A stretch of 64,000 bases of DNA from Vicugna vicugna. Taxonomy: Eukaryota. This document shows, piece by piece, positions 1-13,195 of this stretch (positions are counted from its first letter, which is position 1; each line of letters begins with the position of its first letter). A program made the position numbers and the translations under genes. The notes below the pieces were generated by a model. That model searched no databases, was not told the origin of the DNA, and saw only the letters and a list, made by a program, of their open reading frames with translations. The stretch is taken from contig MU061579.1 of the NCBI GenBank assembly GCA_013265495.1, forward strand, positions 1,269,159 through 1,333,158, read 5' to 3'.

Positions 1-1637
1 TTTAATGTGGTGGATACTAAAGTATTATAAAACCCATAGATAATGAATCCAAGAAACTTGAACCTTTGTGATTTTCTATGCACCCTAAAAAAACAGGCAC
101 CTGAAAAAGCATTACTTGAAAGTGTAAAGATGTCCATGACATTCAATGATGAGCAATGAAAATACAATTGATGTGCTTAGTCTTTTCATGTATAAATAAT
201 AGAAAATATTTACCTCAAAGTTTTACATAAGAATTCAATGTGTTAACATTTATAAAGATTCTTAAACCACACAAACCACACCTAGTTCACTGCAAAGGCT
301 TTGAAAATGTTAGCTCTTACTGTTCCATTTTTCAAATGCGGGGGTATTATTATTTTCACAGACACATTTTTTCAGATATAGATGTGAAAGATATACTGCT
401 GATACTATTTAGCTATGACATCCTAGTAGATCAATTTCCAATAGTTCTTCTTTCTTTGTCCAATATATTATTATTTACTTTAAGATCTGAACCGTTTGTT
501 CCTTCTTCTTCTGTAATTCTTTGATTTCCCTTTCTCCTCTTATACTTTCTTCCCTTCCTCCTTCCTCTCCTCCTCATCTAGGATTTCAGATTCTTAAAGA
601 TAATTGAGAACTCTAACAGTAAATATTTGAAATCTGGCACTCATAATTATCCAAAAACATTCTCCCAGCAATGTACCTGTAATAAACAAAAGCCTGTATC
701 TTTCTCTTCTATTGCCACATTGTCCTCATCTTGTGGAACTGCTGAATCTTAGAATGTTACACTGAACCCAGCAACCTGAAATATATAATAAGTGTTTTTT
801 TAAGAGTTAAATTCTTCTCAGAATTGTATGGAATTTAAGATATATGGCAGAATAACATTTAACATAAAGCCAAAGATTTTTACAATATCTTTATTCCTAA
901 AAACATGAACATTTGGTTTGGAACTGAAAAGTCTGTTAATTCATTTTGAATCATTCGTTTAATTTTCTCAGTATCAGTGTAAGAAAGTGGAAAGCACATC
1001 AGCCACCTATAATCACAAAACCATCAATAGCCCTTTTAAAACCCCATCCAAATGCCACCTCTATTTTAATACATAAATTACTTTCCCACATTCGTCTAAA
1101 GCCTTCTACAAGATTGCACTGTTAGAATGTACTACAATTTTTGAAAATTATTTCTGCTTTATTTTCAAAATATGCCATTTGTCATCCTCCTTCTTAGGTG
1201 AATGTTGGTAGATGTCCTCTAACACCTGAGTAAAATGTCTGTCTGTCTTTGTTGCCATTCTCCTCTTCCTTTGCCAACTTTTCCATCTATCTATTATCAT
1301 AGATTTTCTCCCTATGCAGCTTTGAATCTTAGCCTAGAAAACATATCCTTTGTTTTCATTTTTACCTTCTGCTCCATGATGATGTATTTAAACAGATTAC
1401 ATAGATATTCGTAACTTCAGAGCTAAATTTCTGCAATAACTTCCTGGTTCATCTATTCTCTCTCCCCATTGCCATTATTCTGCCAAACTTTCATTCCTCA
1501 TCTAGCACACGGTGACTAAAATACATACTTGTTTATGTCACATCCTATCCCATTTCCACACAAGCTACTGTCCTTTAACAGGTCTCTACCTCGTCAAAGG
1601 TAACATGGTCTCCAGAAAATGCTATGCAGTAGTTTTC

Positions 1638-3603
1638 TTTTCCTTTTTTTAAATTGAAGTACAGTTGGTTTACCATGTTATGTTTGTTTTCAGTGCACAG
1701 CATAGTGGTTCAATTATATATATTTAATACACATATATATACACATTACATACATACATATATATACACATTATAAAAAGCCTATAATGAAAAAGAATAT
1801 GAAAAGGGATATATCCCTTTACAAGATGTTGAATATGGTTCCCTGTGTTATACAGTAAGACTTTGTTGTTTATCTATTTTATATATAGTAATTACTATCT
1901 GCAAATTCTAAACTCCCAATTTATCCCTCCATCCCCTTTTCCAATTTGGTGACCATAAGTTTGCTTTCTGTGTCTGTGAGTCTCTTTCTGTTTTGTAAAG
2001 AAGTTCATTTATGTCATTTTTTTTTAAGATTCCATATATAAGTGATATCATATGGTATTTTTCTTTCTCTTTCTGGCTTACTTCACTTAGTATGACAATC
2101 TCCAGGTCTATCCATGTTGCTACAAATGGCATTATTTTATTTTAATGTCTGAGTAGTATTCCTTTATATAAAAATGGAATATATAATGGATTATATATAT
2201 ATTATCTCACAACATTTTTTATCCAGTCATTTGTTAATGGACATTTAGGCTCTTTCCATATCTTAGCTATTGTAAGTTGGGCTGCTATGAATATTTGGGG
2301 CTGCTTGTACATTTTTGAATTAGAATTTTTTGAATTAGAATCTCCTCTGAGTGAGAAAAAAATGTGACAATGAGTGTGTATATGTCCATGAATGACTGAA
2401 AAATTGTGCTGAACACTGGAATTTGACACAACATTGTAAAATGATTATAAATCAATAAAATATGTTAAAAAAAAAAGAATCTCCACTGAGTATATGCCCA
2501 GGAGTGGGACTGCTGGATCATATGGTAAGTCTATTTTTAGTTTTTTGAAGAATTTCCATACTGTTTTCCATAATGGCTTCACCACACTACATTCCCACCA
2601 ACAGTGTAGTAGGGTTCCCTTACTCCACAACCTCTCCAACATTTATCGTTTGTGGACTTTTTAATGATAGCCATTCTGATTGGTGTGAATTGATATCTCA
2701 TTGTAGTTTTGATTTGCATTTCTCTGATAATTAGCATTATTGAGCATTTTTTCATGTGCCTATCGACCACTTGTATGTCTTTATTGGAGACATGTTTGTT
2801 TAGGTCTTCTGCCCCTTTTTTGATTGCGTTGTTTGGTTCTTTTTGTTATTGAGTTGTATGAGTTGTTTGTATATTCTTGAGATTAAGCCCTCCTTAGTCA
2901 CACTGTTTACAAATATTTTCTCCCATTCCATAGGTTGTCTTTTTGTTTTGTATATAGTTTCCTTTGCTGTGCAAAAGCTTATAATCCTTAACTAGATCCC
3001 ATTTGTTTATTATTCATTTTTGCTTTTTTTCTCTTGCCTGAATAGATTGCCCTAGGAGAACATTGCTAAGATTTATGTCAGAATATGTTTTGTTTGTGTT
3101 TTCTTTTAGGAGTTTTATGGTGTCTCGTCTTACGTTTTAGTCTTTAAGTCATTTTGAGTTTATTTTTGTGAATGGTGTGAGGGAGTGTTCTAACTCCACT
3201 GATTTGCATTCAGCTGTCCAGTTTTCCCAACACCACTTGCTGAAGAGACTGTCTTTTCTCCATTGTATATTCTTGCCTCCTTTGTCAAAGATTAATTGGC
3301 CGTGGGTGTGTGGGTGTATTTCACAGCTGTCTATTCTGTTCCATTGATATATATGTATATTTTTGTGGCAATACCAAGCTATTTTGATTACTGTAGCTCT
3401 GTATTATTGTCTGAAGTTTAAGAGGGTTATTCCTCCAGCTTTGTTATTTTTCTTCAGGTTTGCTCTGGAAATTCTGGGTCTTTTGTGATTCCATATAAAT
3501 TTTAGGATAATTTGTTCTAGTTCTGTGAAAAGTGTCCTGGGTAATTTTACAGAGATCACATTAAATCTGCAGATTGCTTTGGGTAGTATGCCATTTTAAC
3601 AAT
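1638..3603 (-). mobile_element. 5'-truncated LINE-1 (ORF2 C-terminal part plus 3' UTR), artiodactyl-type, decayed
   Basis: T-rich tail at the left end. Minus-strand ORFs 1908-2132, 2445-2642 and 2579-2770 translate to L1 ORF2 C-terminal motifs ([43 protein letters not shown]). Flanked by decayed 19-bp direct repeats atgctatgcagtagttttc (1619-1637) and atgttatgcaatggttttc (3604-3622). Confidence 0.95.
2353..2475 (+). mobile_element. Young LINE-1 3'-tail fragment nested in opposite orientation inside the older L1
   Basis: Ends in aataaa...poly(A). 16-bp TSD agaatctcctctgagt (2337-2352) / agaatctccactgagt (2476-2491). Near-identical to the reverse complement of 46586-46710 and 54733-54856. Confidence 0.93.
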
Positions 3604-4042
3604 ATGTTATGCAATGGTTTTCAAAGGAGACAGAACTGCTTTCAGCAACTATTTTATGTTTTGTTTTGTTTTCTTTTATTGTTCCCCTAATTAATTGGGA
3701 GATTCTATGACAATCAGTATGTGGAACCAGGACTCTAGATTTCCCTCCTACACAGAAGAATACCACAAAGTAAATATGAATCCTTTATACAATTTTTGAT
3801 TTTTCAGGCAGATGGAAGCAATCTTAACAGATAATCAGGTAAGCAAAACAAAACAAACAGAAACAGAAACACCAGAATCATTTATAATTAACTCAGCTTA
3901 ACATCTAAGTGTTTTTAACATACGACAGCTAAGTATTTTAATATTTCTATATAGTATTATAATTTAATGGAAAAGAGGTTGTGCTTTACTTTCATCAGAA
4001 CATCAATTCAAAATTATTATTCACTATTTAAAACACATCTGG

Positions 4043-4114
4043 CACTCTTTCTCATGGTGTTTGAGTTGCCAGTTTAACACTCTTTCTCATGGTGTTTCAG
4101 TTGCCAGTTTAACA
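4043..4114. repeat. 35-bp tandem duplication (2 copies, 1 mismatch)
   Basis: cactctttctcatggtgttt(g/c)agttgccagtttaa starts at 4043 and again at 4078. Confidence 0.95.
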
Positions 4115-5256
4115 TACACAATCTGTATTTGGATCTGAGCTATCACATGCAAATATGTAACAGTGGAGATTTGAAACTACTTCCAATAGACTGAGAAGTA
4201 GGATAATCATAAAATGTGTCATTTAAAATATGGGTATTTTTGATAGCAAAAAGAATCACTAAAATAATTAGTATATAATATTTTTGGAAATATTTATTTC
4301 TTGATTGAATTTTTATTATATGATGGAATTATACAGTGGTTATATTCAAAAACTGCTTTCAAAAATAATTTCTTTCTAAAAGTAACATATATCATTGTAG
4401 GTTGAAGCAAAATAACGTTATTGATTATCTAAACAATTTTAAGGAGGATTTCTGTTTCCATTGGTAATAGAGAAATTGAGACTAAAATTACTCTTCTACT
4501 ATAAACAACCAGAAAATCAAATAAATATAGGAAACAAATGTTCCCAGGCATTTGATAGGGAATGTAAGGATGAATTATTTGAGGAATTGACAGATGGGCT
4601 GTAAACTGAATTAGGCTGAAACAAACTAAATGGATAGACATTTCTCTATAAACCATTTGTAACATGGCTGAGATATGAGGCTATGTAAAGTTGTGGCAGA
4701 AAACTTCTTTTTGACTCTTTTTGCATCATCAGTCTTCAGTGGAACAGCTTATTCTCCCACTGGAATTTTTAGTCACTCTGTTAGTTTCAGTTTATGACTT
4801 GGTAAATGTCATTCCAAACTTGCTTGATTTATCATAGTGTCTTCAAATTTTTTTACCTTTGTTCTCTGAGCAATCTCACTTAGCTTCTCACTTTGAATAC
4901 TTCTTTTATTACTCTAAGATACACTTCAAGTTTATTTATTCTGTCTTGCCACATTTGGGATGTTTCTGCTTTTTATTTATGAGCAACTACATTACCTCTC
5001 TGGGATCTCCTTGGTCATTGCTTCCATTTGTAAAGTGATGATATTGTAGGATAAGCCACTTGAGAGGAAACCACACCAGCTAACAGTCCAAGAATTTGCT
5101 AGCTAATCCAGTTTCATTCCAGAGCGCACTTAAATTTATTGGGGGGAAAAGAAGTCCCATTACATCTTACATTTCAGTGTCTCCGGTCTAATGGATTTCT
5201 TGTGAAAAAATCTTGGCTTTACTTTAGAGTATCTACCTACTCCCCAAATAGACAAG

Positions 5257-5351
5257 CTTTTTTTTCTTTTATTTTCCTTTTTTTTTCTTTTTTTTCCTTT
5301 TCCTTTTTTTCTTTTCCTTTTTTTTCTTTTCCTTGTTTTTTTCTTTTCTCT
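5257..5351. repeat. T/C-rich low-complexity tract, (TTTTC)n-like
   Basis: About 95 bp almost entirely pyrimidine on the + strand. Confidence 0.9.
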
Positions 5352-7479
5352 ATAGCACATATATTAGAAACCTAAAATTACCACTCTTAGGGAAAAGTAC
5401 ATGATGATGATTTAGACATTGAGAAATGAACTTACCTAATTCTGGCAGATTCTGATTCTTTATTCTCTGGAGTTCAAATTAAGTCATTACATTCCCTGTA
5501 AAATGTTTTAGGTTGATGCAATACCAGTATGGATCTTCTAATTGCTCACTATTACTGCTCAGTTCTTTCACTGAAGTGGACACATCGCATTAAACAATTC
5601 CAAAATAATGACTCTTCTAGTCATAAATAACTATGCAACAATGTGAAAAAAGCACTGATTTGTTGGAACTAAACATGACATGGTGGCAGGTGAAAGGGTT
5701 CCACTGTGGTTCTTATCTCTCCTGCCACGACAAAAGCTCTGTTTGGATCTGCAGCTTGTCATATTTGATTATCACACATGTGTAATGAATTCTAATAATT
5801 TTGTGTAATTTATCAAGATATCTTAACAATACAGTTGTTATTTTATCCCTATATACGTAACTTTCCAATTACTAAAGAGTAAGATTTTTACAAAGATCAT
5901 TTTTATTTTTCCAACAGAGGAATTCAGATATTTTACTTTCAGAATGAGAGTAAACTTGTTCAAAAAGCAAAATGGACTCTATTATATCTATTATATCTTA
6001 AAAATCATATGTTATTTTATAGCTCAACTATTTAAATCTCTTTAAATACAAGATCTATTTAAATACAAGATGCTGAACATAGAAGTTATTGGGACTTCTT
6101 TCTTTTGTAACTGAAATACGGATAAAAAATGAAAAAAAATGTAAGAAATGAATTCTATACTCTTTATACTGTAACATGAGTGTCTTGGAACAGTTTTTAT
6201 TACCATAAAAGGCATTTGGGCCCTAGAAGTTGAATTCAAAATGCAAGTTGAATGAGAAGTTAAAGTAAATAATCTTAGAGATTACTTGTTTAGAAAGGTC
6301 CTAATGTAATTAAGATATGTGTGCTTCTCTAGGAATTATTTTTAACATCTTGGGATGTTGAGCAGTCTCAAACATGTGGATTGTTTTTCTAATAACTATA
6401 AAGAGTCACACCAATCCACTGATACTCTTTCAGCCTCTTCAGTTTTTCTTCAGTGATTGGGAGAGACCTCTATGCAACCTCAGAACTACTTCAGGGAATG
6501 CATTAGTGTTCAGTGTTGTCTGGACTGGTTCTGAACCTATTGTGAATCCTGTCCTGCCAATGGGCTAGATTGTAGGCAGGCATTTTCCAAAAAATTCCAA
6601 ACACCTGCAGATTCTGTCGTGTAACATCTGCACTTTGAGCAGTTGAATGTGTTGTCTGTTAGTGTTCCCACCTACCTTTGGTCACTCTCTGGGTCATCCT
6701 GGTTTTATTCCTTCCACTGGCTTTTATTGATGTAGTTGCACAAAGATAAGGTGCTGACGGAAGCATGATTCTTTTGGTAACAGTAGTGTCTCACCTCATG
6801 CCCCTCCTTCACTGATGACTGCCTGAAGTGTGCTACCCTGTTTCTCCCTCCAGCTCCTCAAAACGTCCAAGTTCTCACATATTCCTTTCAAACATTGTAA
6901 TGCATTAATTAGCTAAGTGGACCCCTGAGCACCCTGACTGCTTCTTTCTTCTCTATTTTTCAAGCTCCTTCACAGAAGATGCGGGAATCCATGAGTCTAA
7001 TTCTATATTCTTAGAGGGATAGAAGCAACTACCCTCCTCCATGTCTCCCCAGCCTACTGTCACCACAGTTCTTACTTAACCTGATGGCAAAGGATACCTC
7101 TGAAAACTCCTGACATCAGAAGGAAACAGGATAAAAACAATTATCTGTCGTATTTTGTCGTATGGCAACAAATTCCAAGAGACTGAGGTCAAGCTCTCTC
7201 ACCAATTTCTCAACAGATTTTGAGTGGTGATGCCAAGGTGAAACTGACCTTTTCAACTTATCAAGTTCTCAGGGTTGAGATGTTGGTCTTAACTTCTTTC
7301 AGGCAAGTTCAATCTCAAGATTGATGCTTTTAGAAAGTCCCTCTTTACTTGGCTTCTGGCAATAAATAGTCCCTCTCTTTTCCTTGACAACTTTACACAC
7401 ACACCAAAAAAGGATCACTCTCCTTCGTAAAACTTTTTTCTTTTGTTAATTACATAAATCAACATACAGACTCTTCATG

Positions 7480-7650
7480 AATAATAGACTTATTTATTTA
7501 TCACAGACATATTTCCTCTTCTCCACTTAAACATAACCTTCATGAAGGCGATACTTTTTCAAGTCCAGTTTCTGTTGTATCTCCAAAACTGTGAACAATA
7601 ACTGAAATGTGCAATTATTTGTTTTAAAGCAAATTAATAAATCCATGAAT
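7480..7650 (+). mobile_element. Degenerate L2 3' end
   Basis: Similar to the L2 3' terminus (ttcatgaaggc...tgttgtatctcc...aataaatccatgaat); recalled similarity only. Confidence 0.5.
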
Positions 7651-7919
7651 AGATATTCTCTGACAAGAATGTAAATAAATAAGCCATCTACTCTGATCTA
7701 TGAATTCACTACTCTAAATTGTAAATTTGTCTAATTTTACTAACATTCAGGTTAACCTAATTCAGGTTGAGATTTAGGTCTTTAAAATATTTCAAATCTA
7801 GTTGAAGAAGAAGCACCTATAACTTAAAAAATGTACCAGTTTTTTTATCATTCAAGGTAAGAGATGGATAATACAAGAAGTGATTGAATAGACAGAAAAT
7901 GAAGTTCTATAAAGAACTT

Positions 7920-8035
7920 CAGAGAAGTATGTGGATTGGTATAAACTAAATGAGTTAACAATTTGGTCAGATTCCCATAGGAAAAATTTGAAAGAGTCAG
8001 GATTTAAGTTCAGTTTTGCTGAGTCTAAACATAGC
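7920..8035 (-). mobile_element. Degenerate MIR
   Basis: MIR-core-like gttaacaatttggtcagattcccatagg...agagtcaggatttaagttcagttttgctgagtctaaa. Confidence 0.5.
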
Positions 8036-10799
8036 AACAATGATGTATTGTGAACATATTTATTGTATTAAGGCTTGTCTTTTTTGAACCACCACTATAA
8101 ATACAAAACTTTGAATAATATAATATGACCTCTTTCGATTCTAAACTGCTATGATCCAATGACTTCAGATTCTAACATCTTTACATCATGCAGGGACCCA
8201 AAATAATTTCTCAATTGCTCTTTGAGGGAAATAATTCTCTGTAATTTAAAGATTTGACTTCGGACAATGCTGATAGTAAATATGTCTTACATTTTTTTAC
8301 TGACAAGAATTTACCTCCAAAAAATCTACCAAAGTTGCATATTCATTACCTATCAGCAGAGGCACATTTTTTATATGAAGCACCAGAGCTTGAAAAATAT
8401 AAAATTTAATATAATGTGCACAAATGCTGACCTTTTGATGACTTAAGTCTCCCATGTTTTCTTTGACATAAACAGATAAACATATAGAAATAAAGATGCA
8501 ATTGTAAGCTAATTTTCTTATGATATATTTAACATAAACTTAGTGCAAGGGAAAACTATCGGCAAACATGACTCACAAATTCATTAGCTGAGGTCTTCAG
8601 GAAAAACCATGGACAATTAAATAGATACATTAAAAAAAAACCCTCTCAGATCCTCAGTTTCCTAAAATAAAGAAAAATAAGATTCTTAAATCACAAATCT
8701 CCTAGCCCTGCATCTCCCAATAAAAATGATTTTTCTATTTCTTACCATTAATCTTTCAACCTACTGTTCAAAACAAAAATTATTCTTCCATCTTGTCATG
8801 AATCTGTCAAAGGCACTGCTTCCAACAAAATTGACTTCTCTAATTTATGTTTCTTTCCCTGAATCTCTCAAGCTTTGTTCCCCATTAAAAAAAAAAAATC
8901 TTAGTCTGTATTTTGAGGTCTTTGGGTCACAGGAAAAATGCATTTTAATTTTGGCTAAAGTTTCTTTTTGGTAAAAAATATTTGTAATGAAATAAAATAT
9001 TCACATTAAATGTGTGTATTATATATATGTATATTTCGATGCATAGAAAAGGAAATATGTTTTCTTAAATAGGCCATTTGAGCTCATGATAATTTTAAAA
9101 CACATGAATGACTTATTCTTGAAACACATAAACACATTTAAAATCATAAAGTAGATTATACTCCTTCCCTTGTTTTACAGTCATATATTGATTAATATCA
9201 CTCTCCATATTAGCAATATTCATACATGATCCAAATGATCTGTGAAAGTTCTCACTTTCTTTTTTGAGGAGAATGGGATGTGTAGTTCCAGAGGAAAAGA
9301 GAGAAATGTTGTCTTATTAACTGAGTCTTGAGTGACAAACACAACGTCTAGAACAATATACCCATTCAGCCAGCCCTTTACAATTGCATGTGTTAAATTA
9401 ATAGATATAGTTCTAAATATTTATATAGTAACCTTTTTTTGTTTAGGTTTATTATGATACAATTTGAACCAATCCTCTAGGAAACATTTAATTGTTTAAC
9501 CACTGGCAGTTGCTCGGTTAAAAAGAATAGACATGATTGGGAAAAAAAATAGCTGGATTGGCCATGACTCATCATCATATAGGGTATGTCTCATCAGAGT
9601 TCACAGCGGAAATATTTGCTTTATTCAACAGATACCATAACCTTCCTATGCTCAAAAGTGACAAGAGGTTGACTCATACTGAAAGAGAATTGTTATCTGA
9701 TGACGAATGTAATATTTCCTACCTATTTTTATATATTGAGAAAAAAATCTAAGTGTTTCACACATAACCCTCATAAGATCAGTGACAAATAATTTTCATA
9801 TTAAGACTTATCTGGTAGATTTACCTGTGGGCATGTCCATAGACATTTTGTAAATTTAACACAACATAAAAAAATCGTTACATGTACACTTTCAAATCTC
9901 TTTCAAGACCAGGGCTTATATCACAGAAAGTTGAAGAGAGTGAGTCAAAGAAAAATTTGCCATTTATTCTGGGTAAACCACTCAAATATTCATGGCAGCA
10001 ACAGAATACAACAATTAGGCAAAATAACTATTACCAAGCTTTTGGAGAATTATTGTCTAAAAAAGAACTTACTTCAGCAATCGTTGATACCAAGAGGCAG
10101 AAATTTAATGAACAATTTGTATCACAAGGCATATAACATTGCATAATTTGAAATTAATCATAATTGTATCAGTAATATTAAACCAATTACATAAGGGGGT
10201 CGTTTAAAATGGTGAAATATCTTGGAGAAATTTTGGTAACAGTAAATGTTAAAACTAAGGGTAAACTATTAGGTGTCTGATTTCCACTGATGCCTTTCAG
10301 TATGTATAACAAAAATATTTTCTTTCCAGCCTGAAGTAATTGAACTCTTAAAGAGTTTCTAGAAACTAGAAAGAAAAGTTTCCTACAGAAAATAACCTAT
10401 GAGTTAGCTTCTTCTCAACACTGGCATGTTGAAATATGTCTAAGGGAATTTCATTATGATCCACCTATTTTAATTATTATTTTAATTATCTCAAAGTTAA
10501 TTACTCATAGTAATTTGACACATTAAAATTGTTATACTACATATGAAGTTTTATATCATTTCTTTTTCATAGTTAAGATTGTATTTTCCTTAGCATAAAA
10601 GGTTCTTGAAAACAATTTTAATAGCTGCAAAATGCATTTTATGAAAAATCGAATAGAATAAAAATTTTAAAATTATAATCTGCATACTTAAGTTAAATGG
10701 ATAAAATTTGTAATGGATTTTACGTTAAAATTTATTAAATAATTATTTCTCATCTAAAAGAACCTCTAAGAAACCTAATTAGTAAGAAAAAGTATTAAA

Positions 10800-12580
10800 A
10801 ATAGGAACAAATAGAAGACAAGTAACAAACTTGATGTAATGAATGCATATTGAACCTTACATCCAACAATGCTAAAATACTCACTCTCCTTAAGATATAG
10901 TAAACCATTTATGGAGCTGGACTGTCTATCTGGTCATAAAAGATGTATCAACACATACACAGACATTTTGAACATAAAAAATAATTAATTTTTTTCACAT
11001 TTATCCTATTATAAACAAGTTCAATATCAATAGAAAAATGTAAATTATATATATTTGGAGGTTAAAGCAAAATAACATATAGTTCATGTATTAAAAAAAT
11101 CTTTAAAAATTAGTAAATACATATATTTTTGATACATAATTTCAATAGTAATCAAAATACTATTTCTGTAAAATGTGTAAATGCATTTCAAGTATAGGGG
11201 AAACTATATTTTTTAAAGCTTATATTTGAAATTTTAAAAAGTCTGAAAAATGAATGATCTAATCATCCAATGTAAAAGTTATGAAAATAAAATAAATTAG
11301 GCTAAGTAACTGAAAGAAAGAAACAGCAAAAGCTCAGAATCAAAGGAATATTTTTGATCAACAAGGCCAAAAAAAGCATTTTACTTAAAAAGTATAATAA
11401 AATAGAAAAAAAGTCTGCCCTGCATGGACTTTAATCAAAAAAGAGAGGGGAGAGAGAGACAGATCACAAATAGATAATATTAGAACTGAAGGGGAGCATG
11501 ATTACATATACGGAAGTAGTTTTAAAAAAAATCAATGAATATTCAGTCACTTTATGCCAATTAATTCAAAACCTTGCCAGAACTAAAATAAGAATAGTAA
11601 ACCTGCACAAGAAATCATTAAATAAATAGAAACTATCCACAGGATATAAAACTAAATAATAAAATGAAAATTACAGCAATTTTTGCCAGTTAAGTTCTAC
11701 CTACAATCAAGGAATGGATTTTTACCAGTAAGATTTTTGAATATCCGAAGACTGGCACATATACAACTTCTTTCAGAAAGTAAATAGAAAGTGGTAAGTA
11801 ACTCATTTTAGAAAACCTTAATAACCTTGCCACTTGTGGTAGGAAGAATTCCAAAGATGGGTCTCCAAGACTCTTATCCCTGATGTTGTATCAAATATTA
11901 ATCTAAGTGATGTAAAGAGATTTTGCAGATGTAAAATCCTAAATCAGTTTGCTTTAATACATGGACATTAGTTGTGTGGGTCTAACCTAATCCCATGTGC
12001 TCCTTAAAAACAGATAAATCAGAGAGATTTAAAGCACTAGAAGGATTCCAAGCACCACTTTTGGCTCAAAGATGAAGGGGACAATATCCATGAGGAATGC
12101 AGGAAGCTTCAGAGAGTTGAGAGCTGCCCCCATGTTGACTATCAACATGGAAATGGGGACCTTGGTCTTCCAACCCAAAGAGCTGAATTCAGCTAACAAC
12201 CTGAAGACACTTAGAAGTTCTTCTGCCCTATCGCCTCCAGGTAAGAACTCGGCCTCCTCTAAACCTTGATTTCAGCATTGTCAAGTCTTGAGCAGCAAAC
12301 AGTTTACATAGCTCAGAGTTCTGACCTGCAACTGTGGCATAATAAATGGGTGTTCTTTGGAGCTATTAAGTTTGTAGTAATTTGTTATTCAGTTGTACAG
12401 AACTAATACAACATCATACCAGATGAAGACAGTTAAAAATGTAAAAGTATAGTCCAATATCACTTATGCATCTATATACAAAAATTCTAAATAAACCAAT
12501 AACACATTTAATCCAGCAACTGAAAAGAATCCATGACCCAAAGATCTACTTCAAGAGTATGAAGATAACATTAAAATTAA
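10800..12580 (+). mobile_element. Ancient L1M ORF2 fragment (endonuclease to pre-RT region), interrupted by an MLT1 LTR
   Basis: A-rich + strand. 10850-10960 resembles L1 endonuclease-domain DNA. 12415-12525 (ccagatgaagac...ccaatatcacttatgcatctatatacaaaaattctaaataaa...aatccagcaac) resembles DNA for the YRPISLMNIDAKILNK motif. Confidence 0.75.
11835..12410 (+). mobile_element. MaLR solo LTR, MLT1 family
   Basis: Starts tgtggtagg and ends aactaataca. Typical internal gaattcagctaacaacctga and aataaatgggtgtt...aagtttgtagtaatttgtta. Confidence 0.88.
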
Positions 12581-13059
12581 ACTAACCTGTGGAAATATTC
12601 ATGTGTATATAAGAAGAAGAGAGAGTTCAAGAGAAGCAAGGAAATCGTGTGCTATTTGCCGATACTGACACATATAGTCAATAATCTCTGCCCTTTGGTC
12701 ACTGATTTGTTAAGCCGAGTTGACTTGAAGAATAAAATTAGATGATAATAAAATTGATTTTTAATTTAGGTATTGGTTTTAACATTAAGCTGACAGTTTC
12801 AAATAATTTCACATATTTAATTCCTTCCAGACGACGATTTTTCTGTTTTGCACTCCTAACATTGCCATCTTACTTCTAGTCTATTCTGTGTTGAGTCATA
12901 TATTTTACAAACTTTTAAGCGACAAGTGCTTTTCTAGTTACAGTAATGTTCTTTGATCATTCAATCAGAATTATTTAGTATATATTTTTGTTGTTATCTC
13001 ACAGTATGATTTTTTTTCCTCACTACTACATTTATAAAATCTTCCCCATTAGTTGGCAT

Positions 13060-13195
13060 TGTACTGTTTGCCTCCACTACTGGATTGAAAGCACTTTGAA
13101 AAGAGACTAAAAATTTTTTTTTTTTTTACAATCTTCACCCACTTGCAGAGCACATAGCTCATCATAATACCTGATGTTTATTCAAATGAACAAAG
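13060..13195 (+). mobile_element. Degenerate L2 3' end
   Basis: ctactggattgaaagcactttgaaaagagac...gcacatagctc...tgtttattcaaatgaa resembles the L2 terminus. Confidence 0.45.

Noticed and set aside
1908..2770. ORFs with real protein motifs (also 47893-48117 and 57777-58669)
   Set aside because: They are frameshifted LINE-1 ORF1/ORF2 remnants, not host genes.
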